A stretch of 63,383 nucleotides of DNA, filler included, from Octopus bimaculoides (taxonomy: Eukaryota): the NCBI RefSeq assembly GCF_001194135.2. It is 4 parts of 4 records of this genome, joined end to end, with 100 filler letters (N's around TTAATTAATTAA, not from the genome) between each part and the next. Parts side by side here need not be neighbours in the genome. Positions count along the whole stretch, not along the records: positions 1 to 19,882 come from NC_068993.1; positions 19,983 to 40,041 come from NC_068982.1; 2 more parts are not named here. The stretch is one strand, 5' to 3'. The position numbers and the translations under genes are program-made. The notes below the pieces were generated by a model. That model searched no databases. It saw nothing but the letters and a program-made list of their open reading frames with translations, and was not told the origin of the DNA. Positions 13,578 to 24,599 of the stretch are shown here, in pieces; positions within the stretch are counted from its first letter, which is position 1; the number at the start of each line of letters is the position of its first letter.

Positions 13578-16500
13578 NNNNNNNNNNNNNNNNNNNNNNN
13601 NNNNNNNNNNNNNNNNNNNNNNNNNNNNNNNNNNNNNNNNNNNNNNNNNNNNNNNNNNNNNNNNNNNNNNNNNNNNNNNNNNNNNNNNNNNNNNNNNNNN
13701 NNNNNNNNNNNNNNNNNNNNNNNNNNNNNNNNNNNNNNNNNNNNNNNNNNNNNNNNNNNNNNNNNNNNNNNNNNNNNNNNNNNNNNNNNNNNNNNNNNNN
13801 NNNNNNNNNNNNNNNNNNNNNNNNNNNNNNNNNNNNNNNNNNNNNNNNNNNNNNNNNNNNNNNNNNNNNNNNNNNNNNNNNNNNNNNNNNNNNNNNNNNN
13901 NNNNNNNNNNNNNNNNNNNNNNNNNNNNNNNNNNNNNNNNNNNNNNNNNNNNNNNNNNNNNNNNNNNNNNNNNNNNNNNNNNNNNCGTCGCGGCCAACAT
14001 CATCACCACTTAACAACAACCTTGGATGATAACATTGTTTGACATTTCTGTCTTCGAGAAGAACATGGTTTGCCAGTCTCTTCCTTTTATTTATTTATTT
14101 TATTATTTTTTTTTTGATATGCAGAATCAAATTATTTCGTGTCTTAACTAAGAATTGAAACTATTTCACAGAATTGACGCCCCTGGAGAATCATTGTTCA
14201 TCTTTGATGAGATTAACAGAGCAAAAGCAGGAGGATATTTCTATATTTGCGATTCTTTCATGAAGGCCATCATCTCTCCCTCTTTCTTTCCCCCTCTTTC
14301 GCTCACCCAACTCCCGTCCCCTTCCCGTCCTTTTCCCGTCCTATTCCCGTCCCTTATCCGTCCACTTCCCGGCCTCCAACTCTTTATCTGATGTGTATCG
14401 GGTGATTTTAGTAAATAGAAGCCTAGCACCAAGATAACCGGAAAAGAGGAACACACACTCTCCAAGACGCCACCGGGCCTAAAGGACCCACCCTTATCTC
14501 ACACCTATATCTTCTTCATACTCCCGTGGGGGGATGGAGACAGTAGTTAGAGGAGGGTGTGTGTTTATTTCTAGCGAAAAATTAGCCATCCGTGACGTGT
14601 CTATCTGTTTTCGTAAACTTTCACAGTCGACCGCACACTGGTGCTTGTTGGATTGTCTGTCTGTCTATCAGTCTGCTTGTCAATCTCTCTAGCTATCTGT
14701 CTGTCTGTCTATTTGTCATGTAGTTAAGACAGCGGCTACAGATAGTGAACGGATCTCCATCTACTTCGACGATGACTAGTCCAATTGTTCCATTAACTGA
14801 ATGGCCTATTCATAAATTGTATGATTGAGTATTCCTAAAACGTTTGCATGTGACCGTGATGGTTCTTTAAATTAGGGAAACAGCCAATCCGACAGGTTTC
14901 CGTATATAAAATATACGTGCATACGGTGCCACGCTTTAATATCGCACTTAACTCCTCCTTTTAAATGATAGCTCAAAATTCTGAATGATTTCGCTATTTT
15001 ATATTATGTTTTATATTATGTGTTCAAATGGCAAAGAGGATAACTTTGTCTTTCAGCCTTTTGGTGTCGATAAAATAAAGTACCAGTTGTATTTTGGAGT
15101 CGAGGGTGTTGTCTAACAATTTCTCCTCGAATCTGCTGGTTTTGTTCCTAAATTAGAAACCATAAATTTACGCCAACGACTCCAGGCTTTATTCCCTAGA
15201 AGCTGACACCAGAGAAACTGTATCATCCAGAAATTGTCTGAAGCTCCACTCTTTAGAAATTCTTCTTCGTAGATCCCTTACACCCCAAATAACGTAACTG
15301 TGATACCTTAGCTCAACTTTCCGAAAAGCTCTACTCTACAAGCAGTACTTTCTGAAAGCTTTAACTTGTCGCTGTAAAAGATCTACTCTTAAAACGTCTA
15401 CTCCGAAAAGGTGCTACTTCCTGGAATCTTATGAATGATCAAAGGATATTAAAAATTTCTTTCTATGTGTAATAATGATATCAGACTCACTAATGGAAAC
15501 AAAGTGTCTGACGTAAGATGAAAAGTTTATGGAGAGATGGTTTTGGTGATGGAACAGTAGAAGACATTTAAAATTCTTTCTGATAGCAGAATTAATATGC
15601 GTGCAAGGAAATCCTTTCTATTTTTCGGTAATTTAAAACAAAGCCTTTGATGTTTCCATGGTTCCTTACCTCGGATTCAAGAATATGAAATCATTATATT
15701 CCTTGTTTTTACTTTCTTGTATTATATTTTCCTCAAAAAGCAGTCATTTTCTTGTATTCTTCTAAAGGGTTTTATAATAAGATGACAGATGGTTTAATAG
15801 TAGTGGGTAGTATGAAAGGTTTTTTAGCCTTTCATATTTAGAAAAGAAGGATATATTTGAAGAAATAGATTTAAGGATCATAGTTGATTGTAACCTCAAT
15901 CTCGTTGGTTATTTTTATGCCTGTTTAACCTTAGATACTAAAAAAGATTGCCCTTATAGAAATTTAATGAAAAATTGCAACAAAAACAAGAACAACAATT
16001 CTGTAATTCTATGAAACCTATTATATAACGTTCTTAAACGTATATTTTCCGTGTCTTCGAATGTGGCTTCCTTTAAAAGCAATTATCGCCATTAAAATAG
16101 GGTATTACGCAGCAGTAATATTACAGACAAAAATCCGTTACATAAAAATAAAAATAATTTCCTTAAATGTAAAAATAGTTCAAGGAGATTTCTCTAGTTT
16201 AAATTTCTCTTCAATTGAAGTTACTTATCCTATATCGCTTAAAACTACTTAAAATTAATTTTTTCCATTTCCCAGCCAATACCAAAATACTATGAGTTTT
16301 ATAATAAAAGCACTGCCAAAAATAGCGATTCTTTCCTATCAATTTTAAAACTGCCATCGCTAATTTCCACGCCAAGTATGTATCTCGCAAAAATCGGTGT
16401 GTTGCCAAGTGCTACTTTCAACTATAAAAGGTCTACTGTTTGTCCCGTTAACGACAAAAGCCTTTTGGAAGCATTAATCTACTGAACTAATTAATGTATG

Positions 16501-17334
16501 TCTTGAAGACAACTATACCGTAAAATCATTAGAATACACAAACCAAAAAAAAAAAAAAGATCAATAAGCAAAAACAGAAAATCATTTAACTGGTATAAGA
16601 AAAATAATTCGTACATGTAAATAACCTGAAAGAAATCAATACAAATTTTATCAAGTATATTTGATTCCAGAAAGACATCACTTTTGGTATCTACTGATCT
16701 ATTCTGAACTTCCTATCAACTTCCATACTTGTCAACTTTTCCAAAAGATCGCTTGTAATTTTGTTCGAGGACTAGAACGAATGCAAGAAGTCGGAATTGG
16801 TTAATTTTTGTGATGATTCTGGGAAACGCATGCTTCACAATTGAACAAATGGATAATTAACATTTACCATGTAAGGTTGTAGTATTATCGTCTCCGAATT
16901 TTCGATGCTTAAATAAACGAGATATAAAATTCATGTTATGACTCATTAGCAGTGTCGAACACACACTTGCATTTATAGTCATTGTTCAAGAAATCTTATT
17001 TAACTTTCTTTGAGATTTCTTCTTTTCGAAAATATTCAAAGTCGTTTTTCTATTTGTAAAATTCGTTGTCAATTGCTCACGCTTGCTTAAGACGTCTAGA
17101 CTACGTTGATTAGATATGTCTATAAGTGTCCTTAAGCTTCGTCTGAACAAACGCCATGTGGAACTTACAAATATTCTCCTCCTAATCAACGCGAAGCTTC
17201 ATCACAAATTTGACTCTGCTCTTAGTATTGTATTCGTTCCCCTCGGTAATTGCTTCACAGTTATTCTTAAACGTGATTTAAAACGAAACAATTAATTTAA
17301 TTTTTAACCTTAAAAGATCAAGGCTACAATTTTG

Positions 17335-17412
17335 ATATACCCTCCAGCATTCATCAGCTTTCTTGGGGAAATTTAGAACCTGGGTTCTCAGTCCTAAGAT
17401 ATTTTTCGATGC

Positions 17413-17462
<50 letters not shown>

Positions 17463-17758
17463 TCACTGCCTGGAATCGAACTCGGAATCTTGAGGTTAGT
17501 AGCCCGCGCTCTTAACCACTACGCCATATACCCGTGGGCAAGTGGTTAAAAGCGCGGGCTAGTAACCNNNNNNNNNNNNNNNNNNNNNNNNNNNNNNNNN
17601 NNNNNNNNNNNNNNNNNNNNNNNNNNNNNNNNNNNNNNNNNNNNNNNNNNNNNNNNNNNNNNNNNNNNNNNNNNNNNNNNNNNNNNNNNNNNNNNNNNNN
17701 NNNNNNNNNNNNNNNNNNNNNNNNNNNNNNNNNNNNNNNNNNNNNNNNNNNNNNNNNN

Positions 17759-17831
<73 letters not shown>

Positions 17832-17992
17832 TAATGATACCAACATCGAAAAATACCTTAGGAATGAAAGCCCAGGTTCGAAATTTCCCCAAGACACCTG
17901 ATGAAGGCTGGAGTGTATATCAGCTGAAACGTCGTGTTAACAACAAACATGATGAGGACAAATATCCGTCAAATGTAAATAATGTAAATAAT
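17335..17992. mobile_element. Palindromic (fold-back) element: two back-to-back tRNA-like heads, each followed by (AAT)n, a unique body and a hammerhead-type terminus
   Basis: The left arm (17335-17530) is the reverse complement of the right arm (17541-17992, interrupted by an N gap), around the centre cccgtgggca. The head has an A-box (TGGCGTAGTGG) and B-box (GAGTTCGATTCC). CTGATGA occurs in both arms. Confidence 0.85.
17893..17938 (+). ncRNA. Minimal type-I hammerhead ribozyme motif
   Basis: Stem I GACAC(17893-97)/GTGTT(17934-38). Core CTGATGA at 17898-17904 plus one extra A. Stem II GGCTG/CAGCT, then GAAAC at 17926-30. Loopless palindromic stem III ACGT, with cleavage triplet GTC at 17931-33. 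Confidence 0.7.
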
Positions 17993-18664
17993 GTTCACTA
18001 TCTCTATCTTCTGTTTTCACAAAGTCCTACTCATGGAGCCAATGCAGGGGCCTAGGAATGATCCCTGTAGTTATTCGACCTGCTACAAAGGGTATACACG
18101 TTAATCTCAAATGACATCTTAAACTATGGAAAGGAGATTGACACGTTGAACGACGTGCCTCTGGGGTACACAATGTCTGAAGAAGAGATATATTAGTCGC
18201 AGCTGGAAATCCTTTGATCATTCATCTTCAGGATCAGGACGGAAAAGGGGTTCCACCGCAAGAAAGAACAGGGTACTAGAACTACTGTGTATGGATATAA
18301 GTAGTAGTGATCACAGCTGGAAACGTCTTTGATCGTAGGTCTCCAGGGTCAGCGTGATCCCGGGGCTAAACAACAACAACAAAGAGGAATAGATTGGATA
18401 ATGTAGTATTAGATACCGTATGGAGAAATAAAAGGAATGATAATCACAGCTGGAAAACGCCTTTTAACAAGGCGTCTTTTTGATCAGGGTTAAATTAGGG
18501 TTACATAACAGCAGCAATATACGCAGACGCCTACATACCATTTCACCGATATATATGGACACAAACACAGGCCTAGATACACTCATTCAAAAATACACAC
18601 ACACACACACACAAACATACACATATGGACAAACACAAACACATACATACATACACGAACTAGC

Positions 18665-18707
<43 letters not shown>

Positions 18708-18718
18708 TAGTTATTGCC

Positions 18719-18778
18719 AAGCCAGCATGGCAGTCCCCAAAATAGGACGAATGCTGCCGTTGACTGCCATGTTGGCTT
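18719..18778. mobile_element. 60-bp mini-hairpin related to the 61.8-kb element
   Basis: AAGCCAGCATGGCAGTC / GACTGCCATGTTGGCTT arms. It shares catggcagtc and ggacgaatg.tgc with 61758-61999. Confidence 0.6.
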
Positions 18779-18865
18779 GTTGATTGTAATGGTACTTTGA
18801 TGAATAAAATTTCTGCATTGTTGAAATATTTTGTGATGGTTTTCATGTTTCAAAACGTTACTTAC

Positions 18866-18971
18866 TCTTTACTCAACCTGATCGATTGCTGTATCTTGCG
18901 GCCAAGGAAGTTGGTAATGTCAGTGGACTCCTGGTTGGTCATCATAACCTTGAAGGGATCTACTGGAATTT
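18866..18971 (-). CDS. Candidate internal exon (x)IPVDPFKVMMTNQESTDITNFLGRKIQQSIRLSK(E/D)
   Basis: Acceptor ttatttatttacag| and donor AAAGA|GTAAGT. Only one frame is open across the 106 nt (phase 1 to 2). It lies across an assembly join from exon 23851, so membership in the same gene is inferred. Confidence 0.55.
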
Positions 18972-19831
18972 CTGTAAATAAATAAGTTGTTCTATTTCAA
19001 AAACGTTTTTCAGGCAAGGTTGTTAATTACAATTTCTTTGTTTGTGATGTTAGTGAGCGATTAAGCAAAATTCGCTGCGTTTCGCAATACCTCAAGCAAG
19101 ATCAACAGATAATAGTTTCAAACGTTCAAATAGAAAGAGGTTCCTATCGTTTTTTCCCTCTCTTTTTCTGGGAGATTGCCTGAAACTATTTAATCAGATC
19201 CAATCCAAATTAAAATATCAAAGAACTAAACATAAGCACACACTGTCTTTTTTTTTTCTACTCGAAGGTCTGTTGGTTCAAGGATACGATTAGATTCAGT
19301 CTAATTGCCGCTGGTCCTCGTTGAAATGACTTATACGATCCCTGTATGTAACTGTACATGTTAGCATTAAGTTTGAAAGAAAAAGAGAGAGAGAAGGGAA
19401 GAAGGGAGAGAAAGGGAGAGGGAGAGATAGAAAGACAGCGAGAAAGGAGAGAGAAAAAGAGACAGGGACAGAAAGAGAGGGAGACGGAGAATAAAAGAGA
19501 GAGAAACAGAGAGAAAGAGGGAAGGAGAAGGAAAAGAGAAAGAGAAAGTGATAATGATAAAGAGAGAGAGTCGACAAGCCAATAGAAATCATTTATGTAT
19601 ATAGATTCGTGTGTGTCTGTGTTTGTCCCCGCTCCACCATCGCTTGGAAACCGATGTCGGTGTGCTTATCTCCCCGTAACTAGCAGTTCGGCAAAAGATA
19701 ACGATAGAAAAAGTACTGGGCTTACAAAGGATAAGTCCCGGGATCGATTTGTTTGCCTAAAGGTGTTGCTCCAGAGGGCCGCAGTCAAATGACAGAAACA
19801 AGTAAAAGAATAAAAGATTACATACATATAC

Positions 19832-19882
<51 letters not shown>

Positions 19883-19982
19883 NNNNNNNNNNNNNNNNNN
19901 NNNNNNNNNNNNNNNNNNNNNNNNNNTTAATTAATTAANNNNNNNNNNNNNNNNNNNNNNNNNNNNNNNNNNNNNNNNNNNN
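19883..19982. other. Artificial assembly join N44-TTAATTAATTAA-N44
   Basis: Exactly 100 bp; the 12-mer contains stop codons in all six frames. Confidence 0.95.
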
Positions 19983-20479
19983 ATATATATACATGATAAA
20001 ATATTGAGCGAACAACAATTTTTAAAATCAATACAATTCCACCTTTGTTTCGATACATTTTTACACTTGTAGTACATTGGTGAAATGTTGTGTAATCATT
20101 ATCATCCAAGGTGTAAAATGAGCCTCCTCGAGTGATTGCTTAAATAAGCCCTTTCTTAGAGCTTGCATGGGGCCGAATCAAACTGTTTTAAACAACAACA
20201 ACATTAATGAGTGCAACAACCTAACCTCTAATAATAATAATAATAATATTTTCAAATTTTGGCACTAGACCAGCAATTTAGGGGGAGGAATAAGTTGATT
20301 ATATCGACCCCAGTGTTCCACTGGTGCTTAATTTATCGACCGTGAAAGGAATTTGAACTCAGGATGTAAACGGCATATGAAATACCGTTTAGTATTTCAC
20401 CCGGCGTGCTAACGATTCTGCCAACTCGCCGCATAATAATAATAATAATAATATTCCCATGTATATATATATATATATA

Positions 20480-20583
20480 TAAATTTATTTTCGTTCAACG
20501 CACCTAATTTTGGCTATGTGAATATATATATATATATATATTCACATAGCCAAAATTAGGTGCGTTGAACGAAAATAAATTTA
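20480..20583. repeat. Perfect 104-bp palindrome centred on (TA)9
   Basis: taaatttattttcgttcaacgcacctaattttggctatgtgaa-(ta)9-ttcacatagccaaaattaggtgcgttgaacgaaaataaattta, with no mismatches. Confidence 0.95.
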
Positions 20584-23418
20584 GATACAAAGCCACCTCT
20601 TCGACTTTCGGTACTCAATTTATTGACCTCGGAGGTCGATAAATTGAGCACCAGATAAAGACTTGGGGCTGATACGCTCAACTACATCTCTTGAAAGCAA
20701 TGTTCCACCTAAATTATAATTCAATGATTAAAATCACCAACAAAATATAATGTGTGTGTGTTTGAGTGACTGTGTGTGTGTGAGTATATACAAATATATA
20801 TTTACTAACAACATTTTTAAAGCAAAAACACAAGAGGAAAAAGGCGAAGATTTCGCGTACCGAAGTATATTGCTTATATAATATAATGTTTTTGATGTGA
20901 AATGAAAGACCATATGTGCTTCATACACTTAAATTATAGTTCAATGTACCACATTTGCCTGCGTACACACATATATAACTATTCATGCTGTTTATTAAAA
21001 ATTACGCCAATGTTGTCGAGACGCTGTATAACGTTACTATTATGATGAAGACTTAAATTTATCATCAAATTCCCCGAGAGGTTGCGTATACTACATACTG
21101 ATTACTTAGCCTCATCACTGAACATTAACTCTATATAGAAGCTAAGTATTTTAATTGTTTAACAGCTGCTGTTACTAAAATGTGATTTAAAATAGCAATG
21201 TAAACAGCCAAGAGGAAAGAATTTCCTGTGAGAACTAACATAAACCATTGGTATTTGATGTTATAACCGCCTTTCTCTTGTAATTCATTCTCAACCAGTC
21301 ACTTGAACTTTGAAAGGTTCCTATATTCTGTACATAAGTTAATTTATATTTCTGTATAAATTACAGTTCTCCAAAGCGAGTATGTTAAGAAATATTTGAT
21401 ATCCCTTCATAGACTAGAAAATTGGAATTTTTGTGTTTCTCAAGGACATTACATACATATTAAAACGTAGATGACGATTCAGCATACTGAGATCTCATCG
21501 TTACTGTAGAATACCTGCTAGGATGGTAGAATCAACCAGACCATTTATCTTATTATATACATAATTGGTACGAGATTTAGAGGAGACAGCGAATAATATT
21601 ATGAGACGTCCATGGCTCCTTTAAACCATTCGAGAACACTGATTTGCTATAAATGATTGAAGAAATTGTGTGGTCACCACTTAACGAGAGTAAAATTCAC
21701 GACATGTTTGTTTGTTTCAATTTTTATTTTACTAGACCTCTAATTTATTGATTTATCATTACGTAAACCTGTCTATAGAATATTAAATTAGATGCAAAGA
21801 GTAATGAACTGCAGGAGGTACTTTATCGCCTCCCGGTATTCTGTGTAATAAACCAATCAGAGCAGACTTTGTGCTTCCGTCCTTGAGTCAATAAGGTGTC
21901 CCTATGAGCTGATATGTTACCACATTACTAGCACTGCATTGTGTCCCTCGAAACCACACAATTCTCAAAAGGCCAACTTACATGCTGTAAAGATGTGTCT
22001 TGCAAAGATACAGTTTGTTGCTATAAATTGCAAGAACATCTATATTTAACAAATAATTGTTAAGCTGTTCTACTGAGTTGAAATCCTCTCATATCTATAA
22101 AGGGCAATGGGAAATCTCGCTATTATATTATTTTTTTTGTATCACTATATAGAGAGACAGTTTCTGTGAATTGTCAATAATGCAAACAATTTGTCGACTG
22201 TTAATTCAATTCCTTACAGATTGATTTTCAGTCTAGCCAAAACAAACTACGCATGGGTGCGTATATTTACAAGGACTTGAAGGGGTTCAAGTGGAACAGT
22301 AACAATATCAATCTCACTGGTACATGAGGGCCTGCGAAGGTAATGGATACCGCCTTTTCATTTAAATCCAGCATGCAAAAATGCATAACATAAAATTTCA
22401 TCATATGGTTGCTCGAGGTACATTGGCGCAAGTAGGTTAAAAATATTTTATTTACTGATACCATAGCTACGCTGGACGTGCTTTGAATCTACTTCCTTTA
22501 AGTCATGACCATCTTGTCTTATTGTCTGGCATATTGTACTAATGATTACTTTATCACGAGTATTCATCCATTAAAAGAGATCTGGAGTTTTGGCTGTTGC
22601 TTATGACAGGCCGAGTGTCTACGTGGAAGCTTCTTCGTCACTGTGCTGGGATGTGTACAACCAATTAGAATTTCTGAGAAACAACAACTTGCTTTTTGAT
22701 AAAATCCACCTTACTCCTCTCTCCACCAGGAATCTCTAGACTATTGCACTTCATTTTATTCGTTCCATCGTTACATGCTGGAATGCACATTATGATACTC
22801 GGTTTGACAGAGATATGGTAAAACTGGAGCAATAGATATGTGGGTCACTCCTTGTGATTCGGCCGATTACCTATGTGCAGTAGGATAGCTCGACCAGAAA
22901 TGACCTGCAGCTAGACAGCATAAAAATAACGATGGCGACTGTAGGGAACAAGAGATAATCTCCACGGGAGCTGTGTTTGTGTTGAAGTTTCGATTCCTAT
23001 GTGAAACAACACGCTTCACGTACACCGTAGATGCTTTGAGTAAGACATTAACGTAATTTTCTATAGCTTCTCTCTTCCTTAAGATAGAAGGCTATAGGTA
23101 ACATTGATATAGGCAACAAGAGACACAGCCCATAGATTAACACAAGGAATTTTTCTATCTCGTCCGTTGCCTCACGTTTCTGAGTTCATATCTTAGCGCA
23201 TTGTTTTTTTTCAACGTGTTGATAAAATATGTGTCAGTAAATGTACGGGATCGATTTCTTTTAGTTAAGCAACGATTTGTTATTTGGATATGAAATTCTA
23301 ACTTACTAAGGATATCATTCAGCCTCTGAACACTGAATGGTCACTTGCTCCTAATGTTCTATGCTCAACCAGGCTAAACAAAAATCCTAACCTGGCTCCC
23401 CGCACATATCTCTTTTTT

Positions 23419-23790
23419 TTTACTCTTTTACTTACTTGTTTCAGTCATTTGACTGTGGCCATGCTGGAGCACCGCCTTTAGTCGAGCAAATCGACCCCAG
23501 GACTTATTCTTTGTAAGCCTAGTACTTATTCTATCGGTCTCTTTTGCCGAACCGCTAAGTTACGGGGACGTAAACACACCAGCATCGGTTGTCAAGCGAT
23601 GTTGGGGGGACAAACACAGACACACAAACATACATATATATACATATACATAGATACGACGGGCTTCTTTCAGTTTCCGTCTACCAAATCCACTCACAAG
23701 GCTTCGGTTGGCCCGAGGCTACAGTAGAAGACACTTGCCCAAGGTGTCACGCAGTGGGAATGAACCCGGAACCATGTGGTGACGAAGGTC
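23419..23790 (-). mobile_element. tRNA-derived SINE, family A (internal microsatellite, AAGAGTAA tail)
   Basis: Matches other copies in the window; B-box-like GGTTCATTCC head, central (CA/TA)n, and tail ...cagtcaaatgactgaaacaagtaa. It starts ~60 bp from the exon donor at 23851. Confidence 0.9.
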
Positions 23791-23850
23791 ACTTCAAACA
23801 AACCAGTCATATTTCTTTCATAAAAATTTAAAAATTGCTTTCACTTTTAC

Positions 23851-24107
23851 CTGTTCCATATTGTCCATACATTGTCGACATCTACCACCATCTTGGGCTG
23901 CATTGTAGGCATAACATCCGCTGACAGACGTCGCTTCTTCCCAAGTTAGGTTCTTTAGAATACGTGTGTCCTGCCACGAACATACTTGCCATCCTGGACT
24001 ACAAAGAGAGCTACCATTTTCTATATGTCCATGCCAATAACCATTGCAAGCTGCCAGGTTGCTATGCCATTGAAATCCTTCGCTTGTATCGTCAGCACAA
24101 CCAACCT
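23851..24107 (-). CDS. Coding exon of a Cys/Trp-rich extracellular module: (E)VGCADDTSEGFQWHSNLAACNGYWHGHIENGSSLCSPGWQVCSWQDTRILKNLTWEEATSVSGCYAYNAAQDGGRCRQCMDNMEQ
   Basis: Canonical acceptor ttttgtcag|AG and donor GAACAG|GTAAAA. The 257 nt run phase 1 to phase 0 with an open frame. High-complexity sequence with 7 Cys, 5 Trp and two N-glycosylation sequons (NGS, NLT). Confidence 0.9.
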
Positions 24108-24115
24108 CTGACAAA

Positions 24116-24163
<48 letters not shown>

Positions 24164-24380
24164 TAATAATAATAACAATATACGTATATATTTATAGTGG
24201 GTTCCTTTTCGCCTAGTTGGATCTGTTCCATGAAAACATGCTGGAATCCCATTGATAAGAACACAGTGTATCTCCTCTCTCTCCCCTGCTCTCACATAAT
24301 GAACCAGAGCATATAAGACCGAGAACTCTGAGAAGTAAAATAACAACAATAGTAGTAGTAGTAGTGTTAGTAGTAGTAAT

Positions 24381-24411
<31 letters not shown>

Positions 24412-24425
24412 GCAGTAGCAGTAAC

Positions 24426-24468
<43 letters not shown>

Positions 24469-24599
24469 ATAGTAGTAGTAGTAGTAGTAACAATAATAAT
24501 TTCCTTTTTGCTACTAGGAGGAAATATTACAAATTGTACAAGGAATGATTACATGAATGGCGGTGTTCTTTGCAGAATTGAGAAAAAAAATGGCAAATA

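Noticed and set aside
16560-17330. Possible degenerate DNA transposase on the minus strand
   Set aside because: No diagnostic motif could be read with confidence.
17459-17530. True tRNA gene (also 37683-37756)
   Set aside because: Both are embedded in repeated elements and have imperfect acceptor or anticodon arms; treated as tRNA-derived.
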